From Escherichia coli 042 (lineage in GTDB: Bacteria; Pseudomonadota; Gammaproteobacteria; Enterobacterales; Enterobacteriaceae): DNA of 64,000 nt. The notes below the pieces were generated by a model. The model did no database searches. It was not told the origin of the DNA and worked only from the letters and a program-made list of their open reading frames with translations. The translations under genes and the position numbers were made by a program. Positions within the stretch are counted from its first letter, which is position 1. Each line of letters begins with the position of its first letter. The stretch lies in NCBI RefSeq assembly GCF_000027125.1, contig NC_017626.1; one strand, given 5' to 3'. This document shows, one piece after another, positions 12,620-27,316 of this stretch.

Positions 12620-13186
12620 ATGCTTGAACTTAATGCTAAAACCACCGCGCTGGTGGTGATTGATTTACAAGAAGGCATCTTACCTTTTGCCGGTGGTCCA
12701 CATACTGCCGATGAGGTGGTTAATCGCGCCGGGAAGCTGGCGGCGAAATTTCGCGCGAGCGGTCAGCCCGTGTTTCTGGTGCGCGTTGGCTGGTCTGCCG
12801 ATTACGCCGAAGCATTAAAACAGCCGGTTGATGTCCCCTCCCCCGCTAAAGTGTTACCCGAAAACTGGTGGCAACATCCTGCTGCATTAGGTGCAACCGA
12901 CAGCGATATCGAAATCATCAAACGTCAATGGGGTGCGTTTTACGGTACGGATCTGGAGTTGCAATTACGCCGCCGGGGTATCGATACAATAGTATTATGT
13001 GGGATCTCGACCAATATCGGTGTTGAATCCACCGCCCGCAATGCCTGGGAACTCGGTTTTAATCTGGTGATTGCCGAAGACGCCTGCAGCGCCGCCAGCG
13101 CCGAGCAGCACAATAACAGCATCAACCATATCTACCCACGCATCGCCCGTGTGCGCAGTGTGGAAGAGATCCTCAACGCATTATGA
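12620..13186 (+). CDS. yecD: isochorismatase-family hydrolase YecD
   Basis: 188-aa product from [19 protein letters not shown] with AGGAG RBS at 12609-12613; the ORF-track start at 12587 is an extension. Confidence 0.88.
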   Translation: MLELNAKTTALVVIDLQEGILPFAGGPHTADEVVNRAGKLAAKFRASGQPVFLVRVGWSADYAEALKQPVDVPSPAKVLPENWWQHPAALGATDSDIEIIKRQWGAFYGTDLELQLRRRGIDTIVLCGISTNIGVESTARNAWELGFNLVIAEDACSAASAEQHNNSINHIYPRIARVRSVEEILNAL

Positions 13187-14001
13187 TTTACATCGGTCTG
13201 CCGCAATGGTCGCATCCTAAATGGGTGCGGTTGGGGATCACCAGCCTTGAAGAGTATGCCCGCCACTTTAACTGTGTGGAGGGCAACACCACGCTTTACG
13301 CCCTGCCGAAATCCGAGGTTGTCCTGCGCTGGCGTGAGCAGACCACAGATAATTTTCGCTTCTGTTTTAAGTTTCCGGCGACCATTTCGCATCAGGCAGC
13401 ATTACGGCATTGCGATGATTTAGTGACTGAATTTTTGACCCGCATGTCACCGTTAGCGCCGCGCATTGGGCAATACTGGCTGCAACTGCCTGCCACATTT
13501 GGCCCACGGGATCTGCCTGCGCTTTGGCATTTTCTCGACTCTCTTCCCGGCGAGTTTAATTATGGTGTGGAAGTCCGCCATCCACAGTTTTTCGCCAAAG
13601 GGGAAGAGGAACAAACACTTAATCGCGGTTTACATCAGCGCGGCGTTAATCGGGTGATTTTAGACAGCCGCCCTGTTCATGCAGCACGTCCACACAGTGA
13701 AGCTATTCGCGACGCTCAACGAAAAAAACCTAAAATTCCGGTACATGCTGTACTGACGGCGACAAATCCGCTGATCCGTTTTATCGGTAGTGATGATATG
13801 ACGCAAAACCGGGAATTATTTCAGGTCTGGTTACAAAAATTAGCGCAGTGGCATCAGACCACTACGCCTTATCTTTTTTTACATACGCCAGATATTGCCC
13901 AGGCCCCGGAACTGGTACATACCCTGTGGGAAGACTTACGTAAAACGCTTCCAGAGATCGGAGCAGTTCCGGCTATTCCACAGCAATCTTCTCTTTTCTG
14001 A
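13183..14001 (+). CDS. yecE: DUF72 family protein YecE
   Basis: 272 aa; 4-nt overlap with the yecD stop. Confidence 0.9.
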   Translation: MIYIGLPQWSHPKWVRLGITSLEEYARHFNCVEGNTTLYALPKSEVVLRWREQTTDNFRFCFKFPATISHQAALRHCDDLVTEFLTRMSPLAPRIGQYWLQLPATFGPRDLPALWHFLDSLPGEFNYGVEVRHPQFFAKGEEEQTLNRGLHQRGVNRVILDSRPVHAARPHSEAIRDAQRKKPKIPVHAVLTATNPLIRFIGSDDMTQNRELFQVWLQKLAQWHQTTTPYLFLHTPDIAQAPELVHTLWEDLRKTLPEIGAVPAIPQQSSLF

Positions 14002-14053
14002 ATTTGCCACCTATCATAGACAGGTGCCATCGGCCATTTTAAAGGGAGTTTGT

Positions 14054-16201
<2,148 letters not shown>

Positions 16202-16206
16202 AGATT

Positions 16207-16231
16207 AGCGCCCGTTTCCGGGCGCTTTTCA
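16207..16231. terminator. rho-independent terminator between cmoB and convergent torZ
   Basis: agcgcccg-tttc-cgggcgct hairpin followed by TTTT. Confidence 0.7.
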
Positions 16232-16235
16232 CGTC

Positions 16236-18665
16236 TTATGCCTGAACAGCTGGCTGATCAAACGCCGTTAACTTCGGTGCGTTACCCGTATATTTTTCGA
16301 TATACACCAGCGCAGAGTTACCGGCACAGGCATTTGCCAGCTGAGAGCTGGGGATATCCGCCGTTAACACGTTCGCACTGCCGTTTTTACACAAGCCATT
16401 TTCCAGATCTGGCCATGCACCTTCATGCACGCATACCACGCCTTTTTTGATCCCGTCAGTCACCACCGCGCCTGTCAGAATCTGACCACGTTTGTTCCAG
16501 ACACGCACCAGATCGCCATTCGCAATACCAAAGCGAGCAGCATCTTCGGTGTGAATAGTGATCGGTTCACGATCGGCAACCGCATATTTTTTGCGCAGTT
16601 CCGCATAGTTAAGCTGACTGTGTAAACGATGTGCCGGATGTGCGGTCAGAAGCTGCAACTGCTTCTCGTCGGCGGTACCCTTCCACTCATCAGGCGCAAG
16701 CCAGGTTGGGTGTGCCGGGCAATCCTTATAGCCAAATTTTTCCAGCGTTTTGGAGTAAATCTCAATTTTGCCGCTTGGCGTACCCAGCGCATTTTTCACC
16801 GGATCGGCGCGGAAATCACCATAACGAACGTACTGTTCGTTCTTCTCGCTGCGGCGCATTTCGATCAGTTTATTTTGCTGCCAGAAGGCATTAAACATCG
16901 GCATAGTCACGCGTTGCGCACGGGCACCTTTCTGAGCGGCATCATAGAAAAATTTCAGCCACGCCATCTCATCTTTACCTTCGGTATAGATCTCTTTTCC
17001 GCCAGGTTTGAGTAATTCAGCAAGATCGGCAAACACGTCAAAATCGTTACGCGCTTCAAATTGCGCAGCGACAGCCTGCTTCATCGGCACAATATGCTGG
17101 TTGCTGTAATCACCGGTCATCGTTAAGTCATTGCGCTCAAACGATGTGGTGATCGGTAATACGATATCTGCATGTTTAGCAGCTGCGGTCCAGTAGCATT
17201 CAGAAACGACGATCATCTCCGGTTTCTGCCAGGCTTTGATCAGACGATTAGTATCCTGGTGATGGGTAAAGTTACCGCCACCCGCCCACCAGATCATTTT
17301 GATATTTGGGTACGTTTGCTCTTTACCGTTATGCTGATATTTGCCGCCAGGATTTTCCAGCGCATCGACGATACGGGCAACAGGAATCGCCGTCATTCCG
17401 CCATCATCAGCGGCCTCGCTGGCCTGTCCGGCAATCGCCGCAGACATTTCCGGCAGCACGCCGCCAACACGCGTCGGGTTACCACCGTTGGAGTAATGAT
17501 AAGAGAAACCAAAACCGCCGCCCGGTGTACCAATCTGCCCTAACATCGCCGCCAGCGTCACCAGCATCCAGTGTTTCTGTTCACCATATTGCTGGCGCTG
17601 AATTCCCCAGCCAGCCATCAGCATAGTGCGATTCGCCGCCATCAGTTCAGCGAGTTTGACTATCTGCGCTTCCGGTACGCCAGTAATTTCCGCCGCCCAG
17701 GCCGCGCTCTTCGGGGTATTATCGCTCTTACCTGTCAGATACTCTTCAAACTGCGGATATCCGGTAGTGTATTTTTCAAGGAACACTTTATCGTGTTTGC
17801 CTTGTGTCATCAGGGTATGCGCGATCCCTAACATCAGTGCCACGTCGGTGCCCATATTCGGCGCGATCCAGGTGGCATTATCGCCAAAGAATTCGATGGT
17901 TTCGGAGCGGATAGGATCAATGGCAATCACGGGTTTGCCAGATTTTTTCAGCTGATGGAAGTATTCCAGCCCTTGCTCATCGGTACTGCTCCAGGCAATT
18001 TTCAAGGTATTCAGCGGGTTCATCCCCCACAGCACCACAACCTGGCTGTTTTCCAGAATCAGCGGCCAGGAGGTCTGCTGTTCATACACCTCTACAGAAC
18101 CGACCACATGCGGCATGATCACCTGTGCTGCCCCGGTTGAATAATCGCCGCTATGCCCGGAATAACCGCCCGCCAGGTTCATATAACGTTGCAGTAAGGT
18201 TTGCGCTTTATGCAACACGCCAGAAGAGCGCCAGCCGTAAGATCCGGCAAAAATGGCCGATGGTCCGTTAGCTTTACGAATACGATCATGTTGCTCATGA
18301 ATCAGTTTTAATGCTTGTTCCCAGCTCACCTGTACATAGGTATCTTCGCCACGACCTTTCGCCGGTTGCAGTGGATTATCGAAATAGCTTTTTCTCACCA
18401 TCGGATGCTGAATACGCGCCGTGGTGTGTACCTGATCCGCCGCCGTAGACTGTAAGGAGTTCGGGATGGTCTTCGCCAGCGCGCCTGTCGAAGAAACAAT
18501 CTTACCGTCCTTCACTTCTACGTTCATCGCTCCCCAACGGCCCGCGGTGAGGATTTTGCCACCCTTCTCTTCTGCCCATGCGGGTAGCGGTGCAGCCGAT
18601 GTCACCACCAGCGCCCCAGCGGCAATACCGCTGTGTTTAATAAATTCACGTCTTGTTAATGTCAT
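16236..18665 (-). CDS. torZ: TMAO reductase III catalytic subunit (molybdopterin oxidoreductase)
   Basis: 809 aa from [21 protein letters not shown] (Tat signal); the ORF track adds 6 codons. Confidence 0.93.
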   Translation of the reverse strand: MTLTRREFIKHSGIAAGALVVTSAAPLPAWAEEKGGKILTAGRWGAMNVEVKDGKIVSSTGALAKTIPNSLQSTAADQVHTTARIQHPMVRKSYFDNPLQPAKGRGEDTYVQVSWEQALKLIHEQHDRIRKANGPSAIFAGSYGWRSSGVLHKAQTLLQRYMNLAGGYSGHSGDYSTGAAQVIMPHVVGSVEVYEQQTSWPLILENSQVVVLWGMNPLNTLKIAWSSTDEQGLEYFHQLKKSGKPVIAIDPIRSETIEFFGDNATWIAPNMGTDVALMLGIAHTLMTQGKHDKVFLEKYTTGYPQFEEYLTGKSDNTPKSAAWAAEITGVPEAQIVKLAELMAANRTMLMAGWGIQRQQYGEQKHWMLVTLAAMLGQIGTPGGGFGFSYHYSNGGNPTRVGGVLPEMSAAIAGQASEAADDGGMTAIPVARIVDALENPGGKYQHNGKEQTYPNIKMIWWAGGGNFTHHQDTNRLIKAWQKPEMIVVSECYWTAAAKHADIVLPITTSFERNDLTMTGDYSNQHIVPMKQAVAAQFEARNDFDVFADLAELLKPGGKEIYTEGKDEMAWLKFFYDAAQKGARAQRVTMPMFNAFWQQNKLIEMRRSEKNEQYVRYGDFRADPVKNALGTPSGKIEIYSKTLEKFGYKDCPAHPTWLAPDEWKGTADEKQLQLLTAHPAHRLHSQLNYAELRKKYAVADREPITIHTEDAARFGIANGDLVRVWNKRGQILTGAVVTDGIKKGVVCVHEGAWPDLENGLCKNGSANVLTADIPSSQLANACAGNSALVYIEKYTGNAPKLTAFDQPAVQA

Positions 18666-18689
18666 AACTTCCTCCCTGATCAACGAGGA

Positions 18690-19790
18690 TCACTGTTTCT
18701 CGGTAATATCTTTGGCGTTGTACTGGAAGTACCGCGTCAAAATGTCCAGTTCGTTTTCGCTCATGCTGGTTCGCGCACCCATACCTTTGGCAATGGACGG
18801 CCAGGCATTGACGGTGTAATGGTCGGCGGCAATAGGGGCATGGCAACCAGCGCAATAGGTATCGTCAAGTTTTTCAGCGTATTGCCATAGCGGTTTACGG
18901 TCCGCTAATGCGGGATCGGTAAGCGCACCCTGTAAAGACGCCTGACGCCATTGATTGCCGTATTCGTCAGCCTGCCATTCCCCGTTTACCGTCAGCGCCT
19001 TGATACCTTCTTCACTTAATGTGGCTAGCGCCAGCCGTTGACCTGCCGCCAGGTAGAGCGTGTTTTCACTGCCCTGCATTTGATAACCCTGCAACAGAAC
19101 GATCGGCTGTTTGCCACTGGCATCAACGACGGTGAGATCGGTACCAGGATTCACGGTAGCCAGTTCGCCTATACGAGAAGGTTTGAAAGGATAAATATGT
19201 GCGCCATTGGTAACTGAGGTAGCGGCCTGACTTTCCAGCTCATGCGCCGCGTTGTCATCCATTTTTATTTCTGGTGGAAAATGGGCAATGCCTTTATGAC
19301 AATCGATACAGGTTTCGCCGTCCTTTTGCGCTTTGTTATGCATTTTCTGCGCAGATTCACTTTGCGAGGCAATATCCATGGCATCAAAAGAATGGCAACT
19401 ACGGCACGTTGCAGAGTCAGTGGCTTTTAATTCTTTCCATACTGTTTCGGCCATTTCCTGACGATGCGCTTCGAACTTATCGTCACTGTCTATTTTGCCG
19501 CTAACAAATTCATGATAAATATCTTTAGATGCTTTTAATTTAGCAAATAAATAATCCATCCCTGACTTTGGAATATGGCAATCGGCACATTCCGCACGTA
19601 TCCCTTTCTGGTTAGAAAAGTGGACAGTTCCCTGATATTCCTCAAAAGGTTTACTCATCGAGTGGCAGGAAAGGCAAAATGCGGTATCCGACGTTTTATG
19701 TAAGGCTTTTTGCGCCAACAATAACCCGCCGCCACCAACCACAACCGCTATCAGCAAAAACATTAACCCAATGCGTTTTTTCCCTCGCAT
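18690..19790 (-). CDS. torY: NapC/NirT-family pentahaem cytochrome c TorY
   Basis: 366 aa with multiple CxxCH haem motifs (CLSCH, CADCH, CRSCH, CIDCH, CAGCH). Confidence 0.93.
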   Translation of the reverse strand: MRGKKRIGLMFLLIAVVVGGGGLLLAQKALHKTSDTAFCLSCHSMSKPFEEYQGTVHFSNQKGIRAECADCHIPKSGMDYLFAKLKASKDIYHEFVSGKIDSDDKFEAHRQEMAETVWKELKATDSATCRSCHSFDAMDIASQSESAQKMHNKAQKDGETCIDCHKGIAHFPPEIKMDDNAAHELESQAATSVTNGAHIYPFKPSRIGELATVNPGTDLTVVDASGKQPIVLLQGYQMQGSENTLYLAAGQRLALATLSEEGIKALTVNGEWQADEYGNQWRQASLQGALTDPALADRKPLWQYAEKLDDTYCAGCHAPIAADHYTVNAWPSIAKGMGARTSMSENELDILTRYFQYNAKDITEKQ

Positions 19791-20095
19791 AGATTCCTCT
19801 AATTAATTCCAGAACACCGAAATCATTGTATAATTAAATATACAACGAATTGACTACTTGCTTAATTCGGCACAACACTGCCTGAAATAATCGATAAAGA
19901 ATATGATTTATTACAATATAATCATTAATTGATAAGGAATAACCCAGTTGTTATTTAGAATATATATTTGTCAGTTTTAGTAATTTAAATTACATAATTA
20001 ATATGAATATATAAAAATTTTTAGCACAACGCTATGCGCACTGTCACGCGCTCAACTGATCACGGGAAAAGTTTGTTTTTTATACTTCTAGGGGA

Positions 20096-20129
20096 TAAAA
20101 AAAGGCCCCTGTTGAAATTGCAGGGGCCT
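20096..20129 (-). terminator. rho-independent terminator downstream of cutC
   Basis: ggcccctg...caggggcc hairpin flanked by an A run (plus strand). Confidence 0.7.
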
Positions 20130-20175
20130 GGTACGAGCAAGCATCATATTGGGCGACATGATGCAACGGTAAAAA

Positions 20176-20931
<756 letters not shown>

Positions 20932-20935
20932 TTAA

Positions 20936-21502
20936 TTACGCCGACTGCTCGCTGGCAACGATCTCTTCAATGGACCACGGATGAAATTTAATGGTCGTTT
21001 TGCCATCGGTGACCGCCAGCGTCGGATTCGGTAATCGCTCACGCTCACCTTTTGGCGAACTGGTTTTAACTGAGATCCCCGGCAGGCTGAGTCCTTCATC
21101 AGAAAGCAATGCCAGCGCACGGGCATTCAGCGTTTCTGGATCACCCGGCAGAACGATTTCAATATGTTCCCAACCTTCGTGCGGGTAACGTTTTTCCCCG
21201 GGCCACGGTAGCTCCACAATGGAAAACTGCCAGTGCGCAACCTGTACCGGTTCATGCAATTTAAACAGACAAATCGGTCTGCCATTGATCATATTTTCTG
21301 ACAAAAGCTCGCCGCACTGTTCAAACCCGCGACGCCAGCGTTCAGCGGTGACGTTTTGATGGCAACGCAAGGAAATGTGATCGGCAGTCAGCGGAGTGAT
21401 ATCCAACCCCAGACGGCGGGAAAGTTCATCTAATGCGTGGGTAAATCGCGGTAAATCCGATGCAATATCCTGCAGCTCGTCGATAGATTGCCAGTTCGCC
21501 AT
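20936..21502 (-). CDS. yecM: VOC/glyoxalase-fold protein YecM
   Basis: About 188 aa from MANWQSIDELQDIASDL; the exact start (21502 vs 21508) is uncertain. Confidence 0.85.
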   Translation of the reverse strand: MANWQSIDELQDIASDLPRFTHALDELSRRLGLDITPLTADHISLRCHQNVTAERWRRGFEQCGELLSENMINGRPICLFKLHEPVQVAHWQFSIVELPWPGEKRYPHEGWEHIEIVLPGDPETLNARALALLSDEGLSLPGISVKTSSPKGERERLPNPTLAVTDGKTTIKFHPWSIEEIVASEQSA

Positions 21503-21717
21503 AATCACTCTTCGTCTTTCAGTAAAAGCGTTAATTTACCCTGTTGCCCTGCGCCAACCAACCGCTGATTTCACGCCGCTTCTGATGCAATAGTGAAAAC
21601 GGCAATACGCCACGCGCACGTTGCTGACGAAAACAGCCATTTGCAGTATACTCCCGCCCTAATTTCTTTAACTGGTGCGGGCAATTTTTGCTCGCTTCAT
21701 CAATGTAAGGTATTCCG

Positions 21718-23451
21718 GTGAATATTCAGGCTCTTCTCTCAGAAAAAGTCCGTCAGGCCATGATTGCGGCAGGCGCGCCTGCGGATTGCGAACCGCAGGT
21801 TCGTCAGTCAGCAAAAGTTCAGTTCGGCGACTATCAGGCTAACGGCATGATGGCAGTTGCTAAAAAACTGGGTATGGCACCGCGACAATTAGCAGAGCAG
21901 GTGCTGACTCATCTGGATCTTAACGGTATCGCCAGCAAAGTTGAGATCGCCGGTCCAGGCTTTATCAACATTTTCCTTGATCCGGCATTCCTGGCTGATC
22001 ATGTTCAGCAGGCGCTGGCGTCCGATCGTCTCGGTGTTGCTACGCCAGAAAAACAGACCATTGTGGTTGACTACTCTGCGCCAAACGTGGCGAAAGAGAT
22101 GCATGTCGGTCACCTGCGCTCTACCATTATTGGTGACGCAGCAGTTCGTACTCTGGAGTTCCTCGGTCACAAAGTGATTCGCGCAAACCACGTCGGCGAC
22201 TGGGGCACTCAGTTCGGTATGCTGATTGCGTGGCTGGAAAAGCAGCAGCAGGAAAACGCCGGTGAAATGGAGCTGGCTGACCTTGAAGGTTTCTACCGCG
22301 ATGCGAAAAAGCATTACGACGAAGATGAAGAGTTTGCCGAGCGTGCACGTAACTACGTGGTAAAACTGCAAAGCGGTGACGAATATTTCCGCGAGATGTG
22401 GCGCAAACTGGTCGACATCACCATGACGCAGAACCAGATCACCTACGATCGTCTCAACGTGACGCTGACCCGTGATGACGTGATGGGTGAAAGCCTCTAC
22501 AACCCAATGCTGCCGGGTATCGTGGCGGACCTGAAAGCCAAAGGTCTGGCAGTAGAAAGTGAAGGCGCGACCGTCGTATTCCTTGATGAGTTCAAAAACA
22601 AGGAAGGCGAACCGATGGGCGTGATCATTCAGAAGAAAGATGGCGGCTATCTCTACACCACCACTGATATCGCCTGCGCGAAATATCGTTATGAAACGCT
22701 GCATGCCGATCGCGTGCTGTATTACATCGACTCCCGTCAGCATCAACACCTGATGCAGGCATGGGCGATCGTCCGCAAAGCAGGCTATGTACCGGAATCC
22801 GTACCGCTGGAACACCACATGTTCGGCATGATGCTGGGTAAAGACGGCAAACCGTTCAAAACCCGTGCTGGCGGTACGGTGAAACTGGCCGATCTGCTGG
22901 ATGAAGCCCTGGAACGCGCACGCCGTCTGGTGGCAGAGAAAAACCCGGACATGCCAGCTGACGAGCTGGAAAAACTGGCTAACGCGGTTGGTATTGGTGC
23001 GGTGAAATATGCGGATCTCTCCAAAAACCGCACTACCGACTACATCTTCGACTGGGACAACATGCTGGCGTTTGAGGGTAATACCGCGCCATACATGCAG
23101 TATGCTTACACGCGTGTATTGTCCGTGTTCCGTAAAGCAGAAATTGACGAAGAGCAACTGGCTGCAGCTCCGGTTATCATCCGTGAAGATCGTGAAGCGC
23201 AACTGGCAGCTCGCCTGCTGCAGTTTGAAGAAACCCTCACCGTGGTTGCCCGTGAAGGCACGCCGCATGTAATGTGTGCTTACCTGTACGATCTGGCCGG
23301 TCTGTTCTCTGGTTTCTACGAGCACTGCCCGATCCTCAGCGCAGAAAACGAAGAAGTGCGTAACAGCCGTCTGAAACTGGCACAACTGACGGCGAAGACG
23401 CTGAAACTGGGTCTGGATACGCTGGGTATTGAGACAGTAGAGCGTATGTAA
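21718..23451 (+). CDS. argS: arginine--tRNA ligase
   Basis: 577 aa; GTG start; HVGH class I motif. Confidence 0.96.
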   Translation: MNIQALLSEKVRQAMIAAGAPADCEPQVRQSAKVQFGDYQANGMMAVAKKLGMAPRQLAEQVLTHLDLNGIASKVEIAGPGFINIFLDPAFLADHVQQALASDRLGVATPEKQTIVVDYSAPNVAKEMHVGHLRSTIIGDAAVRTLEFLGHKVIRANHVGDWGTQFGMLIAWLEKQQQENAGEMELADLEGFYRDAKKHYDEDEEFAERARNYVVKLQSGDEYFREMWRKLVDITMTQNQITYDRLNVTLTRDDVMGESLYNPMLPGIVADLKAKGLAVESEGATVVFLDEFKNKEGEPMGVIIQKKDGGYLYTTTDIACAKYRYETLHADRVLYYIDSRQHQHLMQAWAIVRKAGYVPESVPLEHHMFGMMLGKDGKPFKTRAGGTVKLADLLDEALERARRLVAEKNPDMPADELEKLANAVGIGAVKYADLSKNRTTDYIFDWDNMLAFEGNTAPYMQYAYTRVLSVFRKAEIDEEQLAAAPVIIREDREAQLAARLLQFEETLTVVAREGTPHVMCAYLYDLAGLFSGFYEHCPILSAENEEVRNSRLKLAQLTAKTLKLGLDTLGIETVERM

Positions 23452-23466
23452 TCGCGTTATACGGCA

Positions 23467-23500
23467 AAAGCCGATGTCATGGCAGACATCGGCTTTTTTA
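23467..23500. terminator. rho-independent terminator between convergent argS and flhE
   Basis: aaaagccgatgtc-atggca-gacatcggctttttt hairpin. Confidence 0.8.
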
Positions 23501-23503
23501 TCA

Positions 23504-23896
23504 TTAACGATAATTCACAATCACTTCATTCCGTTGTACCTTTAGCGGCGGAATTAACCGCCCACCGCCAGACACTTCCCAGATAAATCGCAACGGTTCT
23601 ATCGCCGGTATACCGGAAAAGGCCACGGTGGTTCCACTCTGCCCTTCTAATTCGACACAACGAGATTGTGAACACAAGCGAACCCGCAGTCCTGCAGGTG
23701 TCGGGCCGATAAGCTGATAACGCCACGCCACCAGCGTCATCATTCCTGCAGCAGGTTGTCGAGTAGAAAGAGGCGCTGACGACATCGACTCACCACGGTG
23801 ATTCAGCGTAACGCCCACACTACTCGCCTGCCACATCCCCTCCCCGGCGGCTTGCACCAGCAGCGGAAACAATAATATTGCTAATAAGGTTCTCAT
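23504..23896 (-). CDS. flhE: flagellar protein FlhE
   Basis: 130 aa, MRTLLAILLFPLLVQAAGEG; 1-nt overlap with the flhA stop. Confidence 0.92.
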   Translation of the reverse strand: MRTLLAILLFPLLVQAAGEGMWQASSVGVTLNHRGESMSSAPLSTRQPAAGMMTLVAWRYQLIGPTPAGLRVRLCSQSRCVELEGQSGTTVAFSGIPAIEPLRFIWEVSGGGRLIPPLKVQRNEVIVNYR

Positions 23897-25974
23897 CATT
23901 TACCGCCAATTGTCGCCGTCATGCGGATATGTCGGTTATCAGATAGTTCCAGATTCGACAGCACCACTAACTGCGGCAAGCTGCGGCGCAGGAAGCGAGA
24001 CAATAATGGTCGCAGCGCGTGGTTCACCAATAAAACTGGCGGCGCACCCAACATCTCCTGACGGGATAGCGCTTCCTGAGTTTGCGCCAGCAAACGATCC
24101 GCCAGCCCTGGCTCCAGTCCGCCCCCACCCTGCAACGCCTGTAGTAACAAACGTTCCAGCGGCGTATCAAGGCCAATAACATGGACTTCATCTTTGCCAG
24201 GAAACCACTGCTGGGTAATCGCCCGTCCCAACGCCACGCGCACGACGGCGGTTAATTCATGTGGATCGCTTTGGATGGGCGCATGTTCCGCCAGCGTTTC
24301 GAGAATGGTGCGCATATCGCGAATCGGTACTTTTTCATCGAGGAGATTTTGCAGCACTTTATGCAGTGTGGTGAGCGTGACGACGCCAGGAACGAGATCT
24401 TCCGTCAGCTTTGGCATCTCCTGGGCGACGCGATCCAACAGCTGTTGCGCCTCCTGACGACCAAACAGCTCTGCGGCATGCTGGCTAATGAGGTGGTTAA
24501 GATGCGTTGCCACCACCGTGCTGGCCTCAACCACGGTGTACCCCTGAATCTGCGCCTGTTCTTTAAGCGCACTTTCAATCCAGATAGCATTCAGGCCAAA
24601 TGCCGGATCGACGGTCGCCTCACCAGGTAACGTCCCGGCAGCGGTACCAGGGTTAATCGCCAACCAACGCCCCGGATAAGCATCACCACTGCCTATCTCC
24701 ACGCCTTTCATCAAAATGCGATAGCGGGCAGGTTGCAGATCCATATTGTCGCGAATGTGCACCACCGGCGGCAGAAACCCCATCTCCTGGGCAAATTTCT
24801 TGCGAATACTGCGTATACGGCCCAGCAACTCACCATCCTGCTGGAAATCGACCATCGGGATCAGGCGATAACCCACTTCCATTCCCAGAGAATCTTCAAG
24901 TTGTACATCGTTCCACGTCGCTTCGACAACGGCATTATTCTCTGCCATTTTTACCGGTTTTGGTTCGGCAGGCGCTTTTTGTTCGCGTCCGCGGATCCAC
25001 CAGGCCAGCCCAAGCAATCCGGCAGTGAACAGCAAAAATACCAGGTTCGGCATTCCAGGCACCAGGCCGAGTAAACCGAGCACGGCGGCGCTTAACAACA
25101 TAACGCTCGGGTTACTGAAAAGCTGATTCACCATCTGCTCGCCAACATCCTGATCGGTGCTGACACGCGTAACGATGACCCCGGCGGCGGTAGAAATCAC
25201 CAGCGCCGGGATTTGTGCCACCAGACCGTCGCCAATGGTCAATAGCGTATAACTTTCCGCGGCGTGTCCCATGCTCATGCCATGTTGCAGCACGCCGACC
25301 AGCAACCCGCCGACAACGTTAATGACCATGATGAGGATCCCGGCGATGGCATCGCCGCGAACAAATTTACTTGCCCCGTCCATTGAGCCGTAAAAATCGG
25401 CTTCCTGAGTCACTTCGGAGCGGCGTTTTTTCGCCTCATCTTCACCAATCAATCCGGCGTTAAGGTCGGCATCAATCGCCATCTGCTTACCCGGCATACC
25501 ATCGAGAACAAAGCGCGCGCCCACTTCCGCAATACGCCCGGCACCTTTGGTGATAACCATAAAGTTGATGATCACGAGAATGACGAACACCACGATACCG
25601 ATAGCGAAATTGCCACCAACGAGGAAGTGACCGAACGCTTCGACCACCTTTCCAGCCGCCGCCGCGCCGGTATGCCCTTCCATCAAAATGATACGGGTTG
25701 AAGCCACGTTAAGTGCCAGACGCAACAGCGTGGTAAACAACAGGATGGTCGGAAACGCAGCAAACTCAAGCGTGCGCTGGGTAAACATCGCCACCAGCAA
25801 CACCATGATCGACAAGGCAATATTGAAGGTAAACAACAGGTCGAGTATGAATGCGGGCAGTGGCAGCACCATCATCGACAAGATCAACAGGATCAAAATC
25901 GGTCCGGCAAGGATCTGCCATTGTGTCGATTTCAGGTTTGCGGGCAGGCGCAGCATCGCGGCCAGATTACTCAT
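23896..25974 (-). CDS. flhA: flagellar type III export apparatus protein FlhA
   Basis: 692 aa from MSNLAAMLRLPANLKSTQWQ; the ORF track over-extends by 25 codons. Confidence 0.95.
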   Translation of the reverse strand: MSNLAAMLRLPANLKSTQWQILAGPILILLILSMMVLPLPAFILDLLFTFNIALSIMVLLVAMFTQRTLEFAAFPTILLFTTLLRLALNVASTRIILMEGHTGAAAAGKVVEAFGHFLVGGNFAIGIVVFVILVIINFMVITKGAGRIAEVGARFVLDGMPGKQMAIDADLNAGLIGEDEAKKRRSEVTQEADFYGSMDGASKFVRGDAIAGILIMVINVVGGLLVGVLQHGMSMGHAAESYTLLTIGDGLVAQIPALVISTAAGVIVTRVSTDQDVGEQMVNQLFSNPSVMLLSAAVLGLLGLVPGMPNLVFLLFTAGLLGLAWWIRGREQKAPAEPKPVKMAENNAVVEATWNDVQLEDSLGMEVGYRLIPMVDFQQDGELLGRIRSIRKKFAQEMGFLPPVVHIRDNMDLQPARYRILMKGVEIGSGDAYPGRWLAINPGTAAGTLPGEATVDPAFGLNAIWIESALKEQAQIQGYTVVEASTVVATHLNHLISQHAAELFGRQEAQQLLDRVAQEMPKLTEDLVPGVVTLTTLHKVLQNLLDEKVPIRDMRTILETLAEHAPIQSDPHELTAVVRVALGRAITQQWFPGKDEVHVIGLDTPLERLLLQALQGGGGLEPGLADRLLAQTQEALSRQEMLGAPPVLLVNHALRPLLSRFLRRSLPQLVVLSNLELSDNRHIRMTATIGGK

Positions 25975-27115
25975 GGGTCGGTTTCTCGTTAATAAAATCC
26001 AGGGCTTCCGGCACCGGAAGATGAGTAGGTTGTACAGGGCGCTGTCCACCGGCCAGACGCCAGCGTTTCAGTTGCCAGACCCAGGCCAGCACTTCCGCCA
26101 CCGCGGCGTACAGTTGACCCGGGATTTGTTGACCGATCTCCGCATGTCGATACAGCGCACGCGCCAGCGGCGGCGCTTCAAGCGTAGGGACGTTATTTTC
26201 AGCGCCAATTTCACGAATGCGCAGCGCGACCAGCCCTGCACCTTTAGCGACCACTTTCGGTGCGCTCATTTTGTTTTCGTCATACTGCAACGCTACCGAA
26301 TAGTGGGTCGGGTTATTGACAATGACATCCGCTTTCGGCACATCGGCCATCATCCGACGCCGCGCGGCAGCTCGCTGCATCTGACGGATCCGCCCTTTAA
26401 CATGGGGGTCGCCTTCGCTTTGTTTGAACTCATCACGAATATCCTGCCGCGACATACGCAGCTTTTTCAGGTGGCTGAAAATTTGGAAAAAGACGTCAAA
26501 TCCCACCATTGGAATGACACCAAGCACCACCAGCAGTGCGCATAGCCCTACCAGATCCATCGCATTACCCATGGCGGTAATCGGAGACTCGGCCATTAAG
26601 CGCATCATCTGCGGCCAGTGATGCCAGAGAAAAAACCCCGTCACGCTGCCAACCAGGATGGTTTTCAAAATTGCTTTAAGTAACTCCGCGCCAGTCTGTG
26701 CCGAGAACATCCGTTTAATCCCCGGTAGCGGGTTGAGTTTGGAAAACTTCGGCTGCAAGGATTTGCCGCTAAATACCAGCCCCCCCAACATGACCGGAGA
26801 AATGAGCGCCACCAGCACCACGCCGCTAATCAGCGGCAGCAGCGCCAGCATGGCTTCTCTGATCAGCAGAATAATTTGCCCGAGGATCAGATTCGGGTCA
26901 TTGATAATACTGTGATCAAAATGCAGCCCAGCGGAGAGCATGCCCGACAATCGACGGGCCAGCGACACACCGCCAAACCAGATAACACTAACGCCCACCA
27001 GCAAAATCAGCAGTGAAGTCAGTTCACGGGAACGCGGGATTTGCCCCTCTTCCCGCGCTTTTTCTAGTCGGTGAGGTGTGGGGGCTTCTGTTTTGTCGTC
27101 GCTCTCGTCAGACAC
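25967..27115 (-). CDS. flhB: flagellar export apparatus switch protein FlhB
   Basis: 382 aa; contains the NPTH autocleavage motif; 8-nt overlap with flhA. Confidence 0.95.
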   Translation of the reverse strand: MSDESDDKTEAPTPHRLEKAREEGQIPRSRELTSLLILLVGVSVIWFGGVSLARRLSGMLSAGLHFDHSIINDPNLILGQIILLIREAMLALLPLISGVVLVALISPVMLGGLVFSGKSLQPKFSKLNPLPGIKRMFSAQTGAELLKAILKTILVGSVTGFFLWHHWPQMMRLMAESPITAMGNAMDLVGLCALLVVLGVIPMVGFDVFFQIFSHLKKLRMSRQDIRDEFKQSEGDPHVKGRIRQMQRAAARRRMMADVPKADVIVNNPTHYSVALQYDENKMSAPKVVAKGAGLVALRIREIGAENNVPTLEAPPLARALYRHAEIGQQIPGQLYAAVAEVLAWVWQLKRWRLAGGQRPVQPTHLPVPEALDFINEKPTHE

Positions 27116-27233
27116 GTCGCCAATCCTGGAAAGAGTATTAAGCGTAAATGATGCCAGAGCGCAAAGCGTTCAATGGTTTGAGTAAGGGGCAAAACAGGCG
27201 GGATTTAGGGCTTTTACTGCCACACATCAAGCA

Positions 27234-27310
27234 TAGTATGCGTTTGTCGGATGCGGCGTCATCGCGTTATACGACCGCCTGATATGACGTAGTCACGCCA
27301 CATCAGGCAA
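27234..27310. repeat. REP-like imperfect palindrome between flhB and cheZ
   Basis: tgtcggatgcggcgtcatcgcg...gcctgatatgacg...cgccacatcaggc. Confidence 0.5.
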
Positions 27311-27316
27311 TACAAA

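Noticed and set aside
21889-23385. 498-aa stop-free ORF on the minus strand, antisense to argS
   Set aside because: It lies entirely inside argS on the opposite strand with no recognisable domain in its translation. Long antisense open frames are a common artefact of GC-rich, codon-biased genes.
25688-26545. 285-aa ORF on the plus strand, antisense to the flhA/flhB junction
   Set aside because: Antisense artefact spanning two real overlapping genes.
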